Notes: a model not told the origin generated them from the sequence alone. 64,000 bases of DNA from an uncultured Chloroflexia bacterium (GCA_963700285.1 CAVOXA010000001.1:96001-160000), one strand, 5' to 3'. Counted from the stretch's first letter, positions 8,951 through 19,765 are shown. Program-made: numbers and translations.

Positions 8951-10387
8951 CTATGGATTTGGGGTAACGATGCTTGCCGGCGGTGGCGCCAGGACTCCCA
9001 CCCATCGGCCTGGCACCCAGCCGCTGGGTCCGGACGCATCACCCGGGGGCCACCGGATCAAGTACCAGTCTTGATAGACCGCCACGATTTCAACAGGTAG
9101 GGCGGTCAACGCCGACTCCCCGGTCAATGGGCTGTCGGCGCGCGGCTCGGCGCGGAGCCGCACATTGCCGATCATGACGCCGAGAGAAAGGGTTGGGGCG
9201 TCAGTGGGTGTCAAGGTTGGCGTTGGCGTCAGCGTTGGCGTATTTGTCGGGGTGTTGGTCGCCGTATTTGTTGGCGTGCTGGTGGGTGTATGCGTGGGCG
9301 TGGGTGTAAAAGTAGCAGTGGCTGTAGGGGCCGCGGTTGGCGTACCGGTCCAGGTCGCTGTAGCGGTCGGTAATGGGCTGGGAGTGGCGGTTGGCGTGGG
9401 CGTCGCGCGCCCCAATGTGAGGCTCCAGGCGCCCAGGCAGCCCAGGGTCAAGCACAGGAGCAGGATGAGGCCCCCGGCAGCGATGGCGAGCCAAGGGACC
9501 CTCGCGGCGGTATCCGCCTCATCTGGCCCGGCAGCGTCCGAGACCAGAAGCAAGGGCTTCAAGTAACCCTCGATGCCAGGCAGGCTATCGGGATCGCCGT
9601 CGTACTCGCGCAGTGCCTGCGGATAGGCCTGGTGGATGTCGCTCAGGGTTTCGTACACATGGTCGCTGAAACCTTCTGGTGCGATACCCTCGATGACGAC
9701 GGCCAGGTAGGCCCACGGCCCCGGTTCCAGCAGGATCCACAGCGTACCGTACTGGATGGCGTCCAGATCGCCCTCTTCTTCGTCACCAAAAGCGTCCTGG
9801 GCAAAATCCCTGATGGCGGTGAGCATGCCGCTGACCAGGTCGCGGTCTCTGGCTTGTTCAGGGTCCGAGGATAGATGGGACAGGAGCAGCCCTGATTCAC
9901 GGTGGATCAAAAAGACTTCGTCCACGCGAAAGGGGAACGACTCGCGGATCGCCAGATCGACCGTGGAAACGCCCTGCATGCGCGCCCGGATGGGGCGGGT
10001 CAGGCTCTGGACGCTGAGTGTGCGGCGCAGGTTTTGATCCACGCGGCGGGCCAGGTCGCGCATGGACTCGGCCACAGCCTTGCGTATCGTCTTGCCAATG
10101 ATGGGATACAGGGCAGCAACGATGTCATCCTGAGAGTCTTGAATCTGGCGACGGATGGCGGGACCGATGACGGGGGCCAGGGTGTCAGAGACCTCGTCCT
10201 GCGCAGCGTCGATCTTGCGGGCCAGCGCCGGGGTGATCGCCGACTTGACGGTTTCAATCAGGTACTCGTTATCTTCCCGCAGCAGGATATCGCGCAGTTC
10301 TGCCAGGGAGTCACCATCCCTATCCTGGCCGGAATCGGTGGGCGGGACGTCGTGCTGGCTTGAGGACACGTTGGCTCCTTGGTCCAT
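8951..10387 (-). CDS. Membrane protein: helical region, longin/roadblock-like domain, TM, Thr/Pro linker, SH3b-like domain
   Basis: [13 protein letters not shown]...[16 protein letters not shown]; one TM helix; (PT)n linker; NVRLRAEP...GWVPG. Confidence 0.7.
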   Translation of the reverse strand: MDQGANVSSSQHDVPPTDSGQDRDGDSLAELRDILLREDNEYLIETVKSAITPALARKIDAAQDEVSDTLAPVIGPAIRRQIQDSQDDIVAALYPIIGKTIRKAVAESMRDLARRVDQNLRRTLSVQSLTRPIRARMQGVSTVDLAIRESFPFRVDEVFLIHRESGLLLSHLSSDPEQARDRDLVSGMLTAIRDFAQDAFGDEEEGDLDAIQYGTLWILLEPGPWAYLAVVIEGIAPEGFSDHVYETLSDIHQAYPQALREYDGDPDSLPGIEGYLKPLLLVSDAAGPDEADTAARVPWLAIAAGGLILLLCLTLGCLGAWSLTLGRATPTPTATPSPLPTATATWTGTPTAAPTATATFTPTPTHTPTSTPTNTATNTPTNTPTLTPTPTLTPTDAPTLSLGVMIGNVRLRAEPRADSPLTGESALTALPVEIVAVYQDWYLIRWPPGDASGPSGWVPGRWVGVLAPPPASIVTPNP

Positions 10388-10415
10388 AACAAACTGGCGC
10401 CTAAAGGATGGCGGG

Positions 10416-10877
10416 TCAATCAGAGAGGTCGCTGACGCCAGCTTTGTCCAACGAACCCAGAAGGTCGGCGACGCCGAATTGCTGCTTCAGCCGCGCTCCC
10501 ATCTCCAGGAGGATGTCGCCCATGTCGAGACGACTGGCTTTGCCTTCTTGGAGGGCATCGAGGGCCTGGGTGAACTCGACTCGGAGATCGTCGGCCAACT
10601 GGCGTGACTGGAGGCCAAGGCTGGACTCTAGCTGATCCAGCCGCTCAGAGAAGGTGCGATCCAGCTCGTCGTGACGCCTTTCCTGGTCGGCCTGCTGTCG
10701 ATCCAAGGTGGTTCTGAGTTCGTCTAATTGCTGGCTTAGCAAACCCAGTTCGGCTGCTATGCGACCGAACTGCCCCTGATAGTCCTGCATTTGCGGGCCA
10801 AAGATAATGTCGCGAATGCGATCCAGTTCGGTGATGGGGCGCTCGTCTACATCTGACTTTCCATCTTCTACACTCAT
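10416..10877 (-). CDS. Coiled-coil protein, first gene of the GTPase operon
   Basis: [11 protein letters not shown] motif and heptad pattern; start at ATG 10877 after a GGAG RBS. Confidence 0.7.
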   Translation of the reverse strand: MSVEDGKSDVDERPITELDRIRDIIFGPQMQDYQGQFGRIAAELGLLSQQLDELRTTLDRQQADQERRHDELDRTFSERLDQLESSLGLQSRQLADDLRVEFTQALDALQEGKASRLDMGDILLEMGARLKQQFGVADLLGSLDKAGVSDLSD

Positions 10878-11072
10878 GCCTCTGCTCCTTCGGTCTGAGG
10901 TTGTACGGGGTGTAGAACAGTCCTCCCCATCATTATACATCAGAAAGGATTTCTCTGCAAAGGGTGAATTTTGCGGGAAAGCCCTGGGGTTTGGGCTGGA
11001 TGCCGGGAATCAGCAGCGCTCAATAGTTGTCAAACCATAAGGGGTCTTGTATAATGGGGATGGTGAAACCCT

Positions 11073-11771
11073 ATGGACTATGTGACATTGTTGTTGGTAG
11101 ATGACGACACCGATCTGCTTCGTTTGCTGCGGCGGCGCCTGGAACGGGATGGCTACGAGGTGATGGCCGTCGAAGGAGGGCGACAGGCTCTGCTCGCCCT
11201 GGAGCGACGATTTCCAGACCTGGCCATCGTGGATATCCTGATGCCAGATATGGACGGCTTTCAGGTCGCAGCCGAGATCAAGAAACAGGGAGACATCCCC
11301 CTCATCTTTCTAACCAGCGTCGCTGAAACCCAGACCCGGGTCGAGGGCATTCGCCGCTACGCCGAAGATTATGTCGTTAAGCCTTTCGATTACCAGGAAC
11401 TCCTGGCCCGCGTACAGCGGGTCCTGCGCCGCACGGCCGGACCGCGGGCCATTCACGAGCCATTGGTGGTCGTGGACGAGGGCTTGAGCATCGATTTTCA
11501 CCGATCAGAGGCGCACACGGCGGCTGGAACGGTCAAGCTGTCGGTCACCGAGGCCAGATTGCTTTACCACCTGGTCTGCAATGCCGGGCAGACGCTGCCG
11601 GTGAGCACCCTGGTGGCCAGGATCTGGGGCTATGCCGACGAGACCGGTCCAGAGACCTTGCGCGTGGCCATCTATCGCCTGCGCCGCAAACTGGAGCCGA
11701 AACCCTCCAAACCAGCCTATATCCTCACCATTCGTGAGGTGGGCTATCGCTTTGTCGCATTCGACGGCTAG
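11073..11771 (+). CDS. OmpR/PhoB-family response regulator
   Basis: REC domain (VDDD, DILMP, KPF) plus wHTH ending YILTIREVGYRF. Confidence 0.94.
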   Translation: MDYVTLLLVDDDTDLLRLLRRRLERDGYEVMAVEGGRQALLALERRFPDLAIVDILMPDMDGFQVAAEIKKQGDIPLIFLTSVAETQTRVEGIRRYAEDYVVKPFDYQELLARVQRVLRRTAGPRAIHEPLVVVDEGLSIDFHRSEAHTAAGTVKLSVTEARLLYHLVCNAGQTLPVSTLVARIWGYADETGPETLRVAIYRLRRKLEPKPSKPAYILTIREVGYRFVAFDG

Positions 11772-11935
11772 TAGGCCGCAGCTTTTGCCGCTTCTCGACG
11801 GGTACTGCAGGCGGTGCCCGTTTTTGTTTTCCTCACCGGCTTGTGTCTCAAGGTACCCGGTAATATCCCACGCGCCGAGTCTGTAATTTGCGATGTAACG
11901 GGTGTGTGCTACCATGGCCTGTGGAGGACGCCTGG

Positions 11936-12349
11936 ATGCGGGTTGAACAGTTGCCCCACATGGAAGCAGAACAGATCACCCGACTGCGGGCTGCCGGCAT
12001 CAACAGCTGCCGGCAGCTACTGCGCGCCTGGCAGCGGCCGGAGCGATTCCAAAGGGTCGTCATCGCCACGGGGTTGTCGAAGGACACGCTCAAGGGCGTG
12101 GTGCGGAGGGCTGAGGTGAGCCAGATCCGGGGGGTGGGCACGACAACCCTGGCCTACCTGTTCGAAGTGGGGATCGATTCCCTGGACGCGCTGGCGGCCC
12201 GCACACCAGAATCGTTGCGAGCAGACTTGCAGCGGGTGTGTGCCCGGCCGCCCAACCTGGCCGTGATCGAGGATTGGATCCTTCAGGCGGGGCAGATGGC
12301 TGGCTATCTCGAGGCGCCACCCTTGCAGGCTAGCCTGACTCCCAGATAG
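11936..12349 (+). CDS. DUF4332-like helix-hairpin-helix protein
   Basis: RLRAAGINS...QIRGVG...GIDSLDALAARTPESL...WI; ATG 11936 after GGAGG. Confidence 0.7.
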   Translation: MRVEQLPHMEAEQITRLRAAGINSCRQLLRAWQRPERFQRVVIATGLSKDTLKGVVRRAEVSQIRGVGTTTLAYLFEVGIDSLDALAARTPESLRADLQRVCARPPNLAVIEDWILQAGQMAGYLEAPPLQASLTPR

Positions 12350-12388
12350 GGCGAGGGCCAACCGGTGTCTACCGAATCCCTGGTAATG

Positions 12389-12427
12389 CAAGAGCCCGCT
12401 GTTCCTCTCGGGAACAGCGGGCTCTTG
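12389..12427. terminator. 17-bp perfect hairpin
   Basis: CAAGAGCCCGCTGTTCC-tctcg-GGAACAGCGGGCTCTTG; no long U-tract. Confidence 0.6.
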
Positions 12428-12662
12428 GGTAATAGGTAGACGAGGGCTAGTTGCGCTGGCAACCGTGCAGTGGAGGGGCAGACGTGTCCCAAACCGACGG
12501 GACGTCCAGTGCCGTCCACGGTTTTTGCCGCAGAGTGGGTTGCGCCACCACCAGAGCCGTGATATACTTGTTTCACCTGGGCAGGACCCTCGACCAGGAA
12601 TAGGGCTGTACGCTAGACGTGGAGTTGGCCGCTGAGGGCCAGACTGCATGTGAGGAGAAAAG

Positions 12663-13649
12663 ATGAAAAAACAAGCACGTTTTCCCCTGGCACACCTACC
12701 GACGCCGCTGGAACCGATGCAAAGGCTCAGTGAGGCATTGGGCGGGGCCGAGATCTGGATCAAGCGGGACGATCAGACCGGCCTGGCAACGGGCGGCAAC
12801 AAGACCCGCAAGCTGGAGTACCTCATCGCCGATGCACTAGCTCAGGGAGCCGACCTTGTCCTGACCGTTGGTGCAGCGCAGTCGAACCACTGCCGCCAGA
12901 CGGCGGCCGCCGCGGCCAGGGCAGGCCTGGCGTGCGTGGTGGTCCTGGGCGGTGAGCCCTTGCCCCGCGAGCGATGGACGGGCAATCTGCTGCTAGATGA
13001 CCTTCTGGGCGCGCGGGTTGAGTGGGCGCGTGATGAGGAACCTCTGGTGGTCATGGCAGCGGTAGCGGAGGCCGAGCGTGCCGCGGGCCGGAATGCCTAC
13101 ACCATCCCCTACGGTGGCTCCAACGCGATTGGAGCGTCTGCCTATGCCCTGGCTTTCCAGGAAATGGCGGACCAGGTCGCCGCAGAGGGAATGGCGCCTT
13201 TTGACCGTGTCGTGTTTGCCAGCAGCTCTGGTGGAACGCAGGCGGGGTTGGTCATTGGCGCCAAGGCCTGTGGCTACGAAGGGCAGGTACTGGGGATCAG
13301 CGTGCACAGGACCAACGCCCAACTGCGCGAGATCGTGACGACTCTGTTCGCCCCAACGACGGCGTACTTGGGCCTGGAACTGAGCCTGGGACCTGGGGAC
13401 GTGCACGTCGACGACGGCTATGTGGGCCCTGGCTATGGAATCATGACCGAGGTCGTGCGAGGCGCCGTCCGGCAGGTGGCGGAACTGGAGGGCATCCTCC
13501 TGGATCCGGTTTACGCCGGCAAGGCGATGAGCGGGTTGCTAGACTTCGTCCGCCGGGATGAGATTGGCGCTGACGAGAAGGTGTTGTTCTGGCATACGGG
13601 CGGAACGCCCGCGCTATTTGCCTACGCGCCAGATTTACTGGGTGGGTAG
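12663..13649 (+). CDS. D-cysteine desulfhydrase / ACC deaminase family PLP enzyme
   Basis: KRDD...GGNKTRKLEY, QSNH, SSSGGT, LDPVYAGK, FWHTGG. Confidence 0.92.
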   Translation: MKKQARFPLAHLPTPLEPMQRLSEALGGAEIWIKRDDQTGLATGGNKTRKLEYLIADALAQGADLVLTVGAAQSNHCRQTAAAAARAGLACVVVLGGEPLPRERWTGNLLLDDLLGARVEWARDEEPLVVMAAVAEAERAAGRNAYTIPYGGSNAIGASAYALAFQEMADQVAAEGMAPFDRVVFASSSGGTQAGLVIGAKACGYEGQVLGISVHRTNAQLREIVTTLFAPTTAYLGLELSLGPGDVHVDDGYVGPGYGIMTEVVRGAVRQVAELEGILLDPVYAGKAMSGLLDFVRRDEIGADEKVLFWHTGGTPALFAYAPDLLGG

Positions 13650-13739
13650 AGCAACACGGCCTGCTAGCTCAACTGATTGTCTCTTCTGTTCCGGAAGTTG
13701 AATTTCCCGAGGGACCCGGGCGCCCCGCTCGGGTCCCTG

Positions 13740-15869
13740 CTATTCGACCCAAGGCATGGAACGGGTGGTACGATCCAGCAGGATATACTCGCGCCGGCCC
13801 AGGGTCGGGCCTAGGCGCCATTTGTGGAGCCTTTCAACAGGCCGGGCCTGATCGTCGTAGCGATAGCCCCGGGCTTCATAAGGCAGTACCAGCCGGACCT
13901 GGGCCGTGTTGGGGCCGATATGGTAGTGGAACACAGTCTGTCCGGTGACAACCCGGTAACCCGGCTGGGGATTGGTCAGACCCAGCACCTCATTCCAAAA
14001 ACCCGAGAGCACGTCGTGTCGCTTGTCCTCAAAGAGGACGGCGACGCCCTTTTGGGCGATGTAGAGGCTTCCCCTCTTTTCGATCAGACCATCATGTACC
14101 AATTCATGCTCGGTGGGACCGCCCGAGAATGAACCGGCGGGATCACTGAGCAATGCGGCCCCTAGTTGCGGGGAAGTTAAGAGCCTGCCGCCTTGCTGCA
14201 AGTAGGTGTCCAGAGTTGCCATGTCGTTGTCTGACAAATAGTCCGCGGCCGGCGAGAGGACCACAATGGCCCGCACTTGGGCCAACGGCCACCCATCCAG
14301 GGAGCTGACGACGGCCGCGTTCACACCTTCCTTGGCCAGGATAGCCAGCCCCCAGTAGGGCTGGACCTCCAGCCGCACCGCTTCCCGCGCGGCGCCGATC
14401 TCCTGGTGCGAGACTGTTGGTGGGGCCAGGATGAGCACATCAGGCTGGTCTGGAGGCGCTGCCATCAGCCACCGCAGCCGGGGCAACGCGGCCGATACGT
14501 GGGCGAACATGGTCTCCGGGTCGTAGGCGGTGTCGTGCGTGTCATTGTACAGCCCCTGTTCCTTGACGTTATAGTTCCAATAGGCAATGCCCTGCAGGTT
14601 GCCGCCAGCCTGTCGAACCAGCAGTGCCAGGGTCAGGCCGTTGGCCACGGCGTCAGAAATGGTGCCCGGGTCGGCGCTGGCCTGGCTCAGCCCCCAACTG
14701 TTGGCCGCCCCCCAGAGCCAGAGCGGCTTGTCGTAGCGCGCGGAATAGAGGCCCAGCGAGCGGGCCAGCAGGAAGAGCCCTACCAGGTTCTTGTCGCTCA
14801 GGGGGATGTCAGGCAGGCCGTCGCGCGGATATGCGTCAAAGGTGGCGGCAAAGTTGGCCGGGGTGTCACGGAACAGAGCTTCCACGTCCGGCAGGGTGAA
14901 GGTCTTGCGCGCCTGCGCGCCGTCGAAGGACATGGTCACGGGCAGGCCGGGGTGGATCTCCTGCCACAGCCCGGCGCTGTAGATGGCATATTCGACCACG
15001 TAGCGCGACTGGAACTCGCCCAGGAGGCGCTGGCGGGCCGGGTCGGAGCCTACATCGTCAAAGCCAAGGCCGTGCCGGCGGCGGAACTCGGCCTCGGCGT
15101 GGGAGGAATAGTCGCCGCCGATGGGCTCGTCGGCCAGGTTGAGCATGAGCAGCACATCAGCGTAGGGCTGCACGAATTCGGCGTCCAGCCAGCGGTAGTA
15201 GGCTTCGATGTCGCGCCGGTAGGCCGGGGCATAGAAAGAGGCGCTGACCCCGCCGCCATAGATGTCCAGTGGCTGGCCGCCAGCATCCCGGCGCAGGTCG
15301 CCAGGATGGTTCGTGTTCCAGACCTCGCCCATCTGGATCTGGTAGCCCACGGGCAGTACGGCCTTGACGCCCACCGCACGGCAAGCCTCAAGTATCCGGT
15401 GCTGGGCCTGGATCACGGCCACGGCGGCCTCGTGGCGTGGATCGCCGGGGTCCAGGTGGGCTTCGTAGACGGCGTAGGACAGCCCCGGCTCTACCTTGTC
15501 CGGGTCCACCTCGCCAGGATTGTTGTGGCCGATCCATACCAGATTGGATCCGGCATCGACCATCCGCTGTACCATGGCCTCTATTTCGGAGGCTGAAGCC
15601 TCCGGGTAAGCCTCTGCGGCCCAGCCAGCATAGTGGCTGGGCGCGTCCTGGGCATGGGCTTTGGAAGCAGGCCAGGTGAGCAAGACGCACAAGACCAAGG
15701 CGGACAGGACTTTTCGTGCAAATTTATGTCTAGTCACCAACGTTTGTGGATACATCAACGGCAGTTTTGTCTTGTTTCCGTTTCGCATTGCAGTGCCCGT
15801 GAGGACCAAGGCATTTCTGAATGTAGCACCAACGGCAGGATCCCAGTTGCCAGTATCAGTAAGCCGCAA
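13740..15869 (-). CDS. Secreted glycoside-hydrolase-like TIM-barrel protein (GH42-like architecture); start uncertain
   Basis: Signal peptide ending AHA-QD, LNLADEP clan-A-like motif, C-terminal trimerization-like domain. Confidence 0.55.
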   Translation of the reverse strand: MRLTDTGNWDPAVGATFRNALVLTGTAMRNGNKTKLPLMYPQTLVTRHKFARKVLSALVLCVLLTWPASKAHAQDAPSHYAGWAAEAYPEASASEIEAMVQRMVDAGSNLVWIGHNNPGEVDPDKVEPGLSYAVYEAHLDPGDPRHEAAVAVIQAQHRILEACRAVGVKAVLPVGYQIQMGEVWNTNHPGDLRRDAGGQPLDIYGGGVSASFYAPAYRRDIEAYYRWLDAEFVQPYADVLLMLNLADEPIGGDYSSHAEAEFRRRHGLGFDDVGSDPARQRLLGEFQSRYVVEYAIYSAGLWQEIHPGLPVTMSFDGAQARKTFTLPDVEALFRDTPANFAATFDAYPRDGLPDIPLSDKNLVGLFLLARSLGLYSARYDKPLWLWGAANSWGLSQASADPGTISDAVANGLTLALLVRQAGGNLQGIAYWNYNVKEQGLYNDTHDTAYDPETMFAHVSAALPRLRWLMAAPPDQPDVLILAPPTVSHQEIGAAREAVRLEVQPYWGLAILAKEGVNAAVVSSLDGWPLAQVRAIVVLSPAADYLSDNDMATLDTYLQQGGRLLTSPQLGAALLSDPAGSFSGGPTEHELVHDGLIEKRGSLYIAQKGVAVLFEDKRHDVLSGFWNEVLGLTNPQPGYRVVTGQTVFHYHIGPNTAQVRLVLPYEARGYRYDDQARPVERLHKWRLGPTLGRREYILLDRTTRSMPWVE

Positions 15870-16170
15870 CGAACTTCCCGCAAGCTTGACACAGGCCTCA
15901 GTCTTGACTCGCGTTCGTCGATTTCAATGGATTCAATACGTTCGCCCGGGCACAGCTTCCGAGAAGTTGGGCTGCCCATGCGCCGCACTGCAGGCCCTGA
16001 GCATTGTATTTCGGGTTAAGGCCTCTGTCAATTCCTGGTATACTTGTGATTGGCTCCGTTCAGACTTCCGATGGAGCCCTGCTCTTCTTAACGCTGCTGG
16101 CAACGGCACGGTCAGTTCCTTGCCCCGGCAGGGTTCTTGGAGTACAATGCTCCACGGGCACTGATCTCCG

Positions 16171-17928
16171 ATGAAAGTGGACAAGCGGCTTCTGCGGCAG
16201 GCGTGGGCATCGCGCATAGACCTGGCCTTGACAGTGGGCCTGGGTTTATTGGCGGGCATTGTGATCGTCGGCCAGGCACGCCTCCTGAGCCTGGTCGTGA
16301 GCCAGGTTTTCCTGGCGGGGGGGACCCTGGAGGCGGTCCGGCCGCAGTTGGCTGGCTTTCTGGTCCTGAGTCTGACCCTGGCCGCATTGGTATGGGGCCG
16401 TGAGGTCGCGGCCAATCGCGTGGCCGGCCGGGTCAAGTACGACCTGCGGGCGCGGCTGGTGGCCCACCTGCTGGACCTGGGGCCGGCCTATGCCCGGGGC
16501 GAACGCAGCGGCGAGCTGACCAACACCGTGGTGGAGGGCATCGAGGCCCTGGACGTCTACTATCGCCAGTACCTGCCCCAGCTGGCGCTGGCCGCACTGG
16601 TGCCGCTCACCGTGCTCCTCTTTGTCTTTCCACTGGACTGGCCCTCTGGCCTGATCTTGCTGCTGACCGCCCCCCTCATTCCCCTGTTCATGTGGTTGAT
16701 CGGCAACGCCGCCGAGGCGCTAACCCGGCGCCAGTGGACATCCATGAGCCGGATGAATGCCCACTTTTTGGACGTGCTGCAGGGGCTGACAACCCTGAAG
16801 GTGCTGGGCCGCAGCCGGGAGCAGATCCAGACCATCGCCCAGATCAGCGACCGCTACCGGCATGCAACCATGGGCGTGTTGCGGGTGACATTCCTGTCGG
16901 CCCTGGTGCTCGAGATGGTAGCCACCCTCAGCACGGCAGTGGTGGCGGTCCAGATCGGCCTGCGCCTGCTCTACGGCAGCCTGCTCTTTGAAGACGCCCT
17001 ATTCATTCTGCTACTGACGCCCGAGTTCTACCTCCCGCTGCGTTTACTGGGCACGCGCTTTCACGCCGGCATGGCGGGCGTGGCCGCTGCACAGCGGATC
17101 TTTGAGGTTCTGGAGACTGAGGCCAAGGTGGAGCCCAGGATTGGGGATCGGCCCTCTCATCATCTTGGTCTGAACCTCAGCCTTGGCTTTAGCAATGTAC
17201 ACTATGCCTATGACGAGGGGCGGCGTGCTGCGCTCAGGGGCTTGACGCTGGAGGTACTGCCTGGTCAGACGGTGGCCCTGGTCGGCCCTAGCGGCGCGGG
17301 CAAGAGTACGATGGCCTACCTTTTGCTGCGTTTCATAGAACCGGACCAGGGGATGATTCTGGTGGATGGCCGGCCGCTTCGAGACCTCTCCCGGCGGGCC
17401 TGGCGCGAGCAGGTGGCCTGGGTGCCGCAGAACCCCTACCTGTTCCACGGAACGGTGGCCGAGAATATTCGCCTTGCCCGTCCCAAGGCAAGCCTCGATG
17501 AGATGGCATGGGCCGCCCGCCAGGCCCATGCCCAGGCCTTTATTGAATCGTTGCCCCAGGGTTACGACACCGTCATCGGCGAGCGCGGCGCCCGATTGAG
17601 CGGCGGCGAGGCGCAGCGCCTTGCCCTGGCGCGGGCGTTCCTCAAGGATGCCCCGCTGCTGATCCTGGATGAGGCGACGGCCAACCTGGATCCAGAAATC
17701 GAGGACCTGGTGCAGGAGGCGATGGCGCGGCTGTTGATGGGCCGTACGGCCCTCATCATCGCCCACCGGCTCAGTACCGTGTACCGGGCCGACCGGATCC
17801 TGGTCATGTCCGAGGGCCGGATCCAGCAAGAGGGGACCCACGCAGAGCTTTTGCAACAGGCTGGGTTGTACAAGCAGTTGGTACACGCTTTCGACGGGGT
17901 TGCTTCTCCTGTGGGGGAGGCGCCATGA
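16171..17928 (+). CDS. cydD: Thiol reductant ABC exporter subunit CydD
   Basis: YYRQYLPQ, LRVTFLSALVLE, PEFYLPLR..G.RFHA; Walker A GPSGAGKS; LSGGE. Confidence 0.93.
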   Translation: MKVDKRLLRQAWASRIDLALTVGLGLLAGIVIVGQARLLSLVVSQVFLAGGTLEAVRPQLAGFLVLSLTLAALVWGREVAANRVAGRVKYDLRARLVAHLLDLGPAYARGERSGELTNTVVEGIEALDVYYRQYLPQLALAALVPLTVLLFVFPLDWPSGLILLLTAPLIPLFMWLIGNAAEALTRRQWTSMSRMNAHFLDVLQGLTTLKVLGRSREQIQTIAQISDRYRHATMGVLRVTFLSALVLEMVATLSTAVVAVQIGLRLLYGSLLFEDALFILLLTPEFYLPLRLLGTRFHAGMAGVAAAQRIFEVLETEAKVEPRIGDRPSHHLGLNLSLGFSNVHYAYDEGRRAALRGLTLEVLPGQTVALVGPSGAGKSTMAYLLLRFIEPDQGMILVDGRPLRDLSRRAWREQVAWVPQNPYLFHGTVAENIRLARPKASLDEMAWAARQAHAQAFIESLPQGYDTVIGERGARLSGGEAQRLALARAFLKDAPLLILDEATANLDPEIEDLVQEAMARLLMGRTALIIAHRLSTVYRADRILVMSEGRIQQEGTHAELLQQAGLYKQLVHAFDGVASPVGEAP

Positions 17929-19697
17929 GGAGTACCCTTGGGCGACTGCTTCGGATGGCTGCCCCTTTCTGGCAGAGGATGGCACTGGCGGCGCTGTTGG
18001 GCTTTGCCACCATCAGCAGCAGCATTGGATTGCTGACAACGTCCGCCTATTTGATCTCCAAAGCTTCGCTCCAACCCTCTATCGCCGAACTACAGGTGGC
18101 CATCGTCGGCGTACGCTTTTTTGGCATCGCCCGCGGGGTCTTTCGTTACCTGGAGCGCTACGCTTCCCACGATGTGACCCTGCGCCTTCTGTCCAGGCTT
18201 CGCGTCTGGTTCTACACTGCATTGGAGCCATTGGCTCCAGCCCGGCTCATGCAATACCACAGTGGCGACCTGTTGACCCGCCTCGGAGCAGATATCGAGA
18301 CGCTGGAGAATCTCTACCTGCGGGCCATCGCCCCGCCGGTTGTGGCGGTACTGGCGGCCGTGTTGGCGGCAGCGATCATGGCCAGTTTTTCCCCAAGCTT
18401 GGCGCTAGCGCTGCTGTTCTTTTTCCTGCTGGCCGGGGCTGGTGTGCCACTGCTGGCGCGGGTACTGGGCCGCGGCCCAGGGCAGCAACTGATCCGGGTA
18501 CGCGCCGAATTGAACAGCACGTTGGTGGATGGCATCCAGGGCATGGCCGATCTATTGGCCTTTGGCCAGCAGGAGCGCTACCTGGGCAGGGTGGCGGATC
18601 TTGGCCGGCGTCTGGGCGATGCCCAGCGACGTATGGCCCGCGGCGGCGGGCTGCAGAGCGCGTTGATCGGCCTGCTGATGAACCTGGCGGTTCTGGCCGT
18701 GCTGGTCGTCGCCATCCCGCTGATCCGTGCCGCTCAACTCGATGGGGTGTATCTGGCCCTGCTGGTGATGGCCGTGATTGCCTGCTTTGAGGCAGTGCTG
18801 CCGTTGCCCCAGGCGGCCCAATACCTGGACAACAGCCTGGAAGCAGCGCGGCGATTGTTCGAGATCGTGGATGTGGATCCGGCTGTCGTCGATCCTCGAC
18901 TGCCACTGCCTGCTCCTGATGGGTATGGGCTGCGGGGCGCGGATCTCCGCTTCGCCTACAATGAAGGGGAGCCTTTGGCTGTGGACGGCATCGGTTTTGA
19001 CCTGCCGCAGGGCAACTGCCTGGCCATCGTCGGACCCAGTGGCGCGGGCAAGTCGACGCTGGCCCACTTGATACTACGCTTCTGGGACTATAACGAGGGA
19101 ACCATCACCCTGGGCGGCAAGGACCTGCGCCAACTTGGCCAGGAGGATGTACGCCATCTCATCGCCGTGGTGTCGCAACATACCCATCTCTTTGGGGCCA
19201 CTGTGCGGGAAAACCTGCTTCTCTCCAGGCCAGAGGCCACCGAGGCGGAGATGATCGGGGCAGCGCAGCAAGCGCAGGTCCACGAATTCATCCGATCCCT
19301 GCCCCAGGGCTACGATACCTGGATCGGCGAGCAGGGCTGGCAACTGAGCGGCGGCGAGCGCCAGCGACTGGCTATTGCCCGTGCCATCTTGAAGGATGCC
19401 CCTATCTTGATCCTGGACGAGCCGACGGCCAACCTGGACAGCGTGACCGAGCGCGAGGTAATGAAAACCCTCCTGTCCCTCAGCGCCGAGCGCACGACGT
19501 TGCTCATCACCCACCGGTTGGTGGGTCTGGAACAGGCCGACGAGATCCTGGTGCTGCGGGGTGGGCGCGTCATAGAGCGGGGCAGCCATCACGACCTGGT
19601 TCAGATGCAGGGATTCTACCAGCGCATGTGGGACATTCAGAATCAGAGGCTGGCTGCCAGCCAGCCTGCCCGGGCCAAAGCACCCGCAATACTTTGA
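17925..19697 (+). CDS. cydC: Thiol reductant ABC exporter subunit CydC
   Basis: VRFFGIARGVFRYLERYASHD signature plus ABC domain; ATGA overlap with cydD. Confidence 0.93.
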   Translation: MRSTLGRLLRMAAPFWQRMALAALLGFATISSSIGLLTTSAYLISKASLQPSIAELQVAIVGVRFFGIARGVFRYLERYASHDVTLRLLSRLRVWFYTALEPLAPARLMQYHSGDLLTRLGADIETLENLYLRAIAPPVVAVLAAVLAAAIMASFSPSLALALLFFFLLAGAGVPLLARVLGRGPGQQLIRVRAELNSTLVDGIQGMADLLAFGQQERYLGRVADLGRRLGDAQRRMARGGGLQSALIGLLMNLAVLAVLVVAIPLIRAAQLDGVYLALLVMAVIACFEAVLPLPQAAQYLDNSLEAARRLFEIVDVDPAVVDPRLPLPAPDGYGLRGADLRFAYNEGEPLAVDGIGFDLPQGNCLAIVGPSGAGKSTLAHLILRFWDYNEGTITLGGKDLRQLGQEDVRHLIAVVSQHTHLFGATVRENLLLSRPEATEAEMIGAAQQAQVHEFIRSLPQGYDTWIGEQGWQLSGGERQRLAIARAILKDAPILILDEPTANLDSVTEREVMKTLLSLSAERTTLLITHRLVGLEQADEILVLRGGRVIERGSHHDLVQMQGFYQRMWDIQNQRLAASQPARAKAPAIL

Positions 19698-19730
19698 CAC
19701 CCAGCCCATTTCATGTTACAATTTTCACAG
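19694..19730 (+). promoter_or_regulatory. Sigma70 promoter of the Moco operon with an overlapping Rex-like palindrome
   Basis: TTGACA 19694, 17-bp spacer, TACAAT 19717; ATGTTACAATTTTCACAG at 19713-19730. Confidence 0.7.
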
Positions 19731-19765
19731 TTCCTTAAACAAGCAAGTGAAATAGCGGGTTTGTA

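Noticed and set aside
9200-9410. Low-complexity GTTGGC/GTGGGT repeats
   Set aside because: They encode the Thr/Pro linker of the membrane protein.
16171-19697. cydDC as part of the Moco island
   Set aside because: The island has its own promoter overlapping the cydC stop; nothing beyond adjacency links them.
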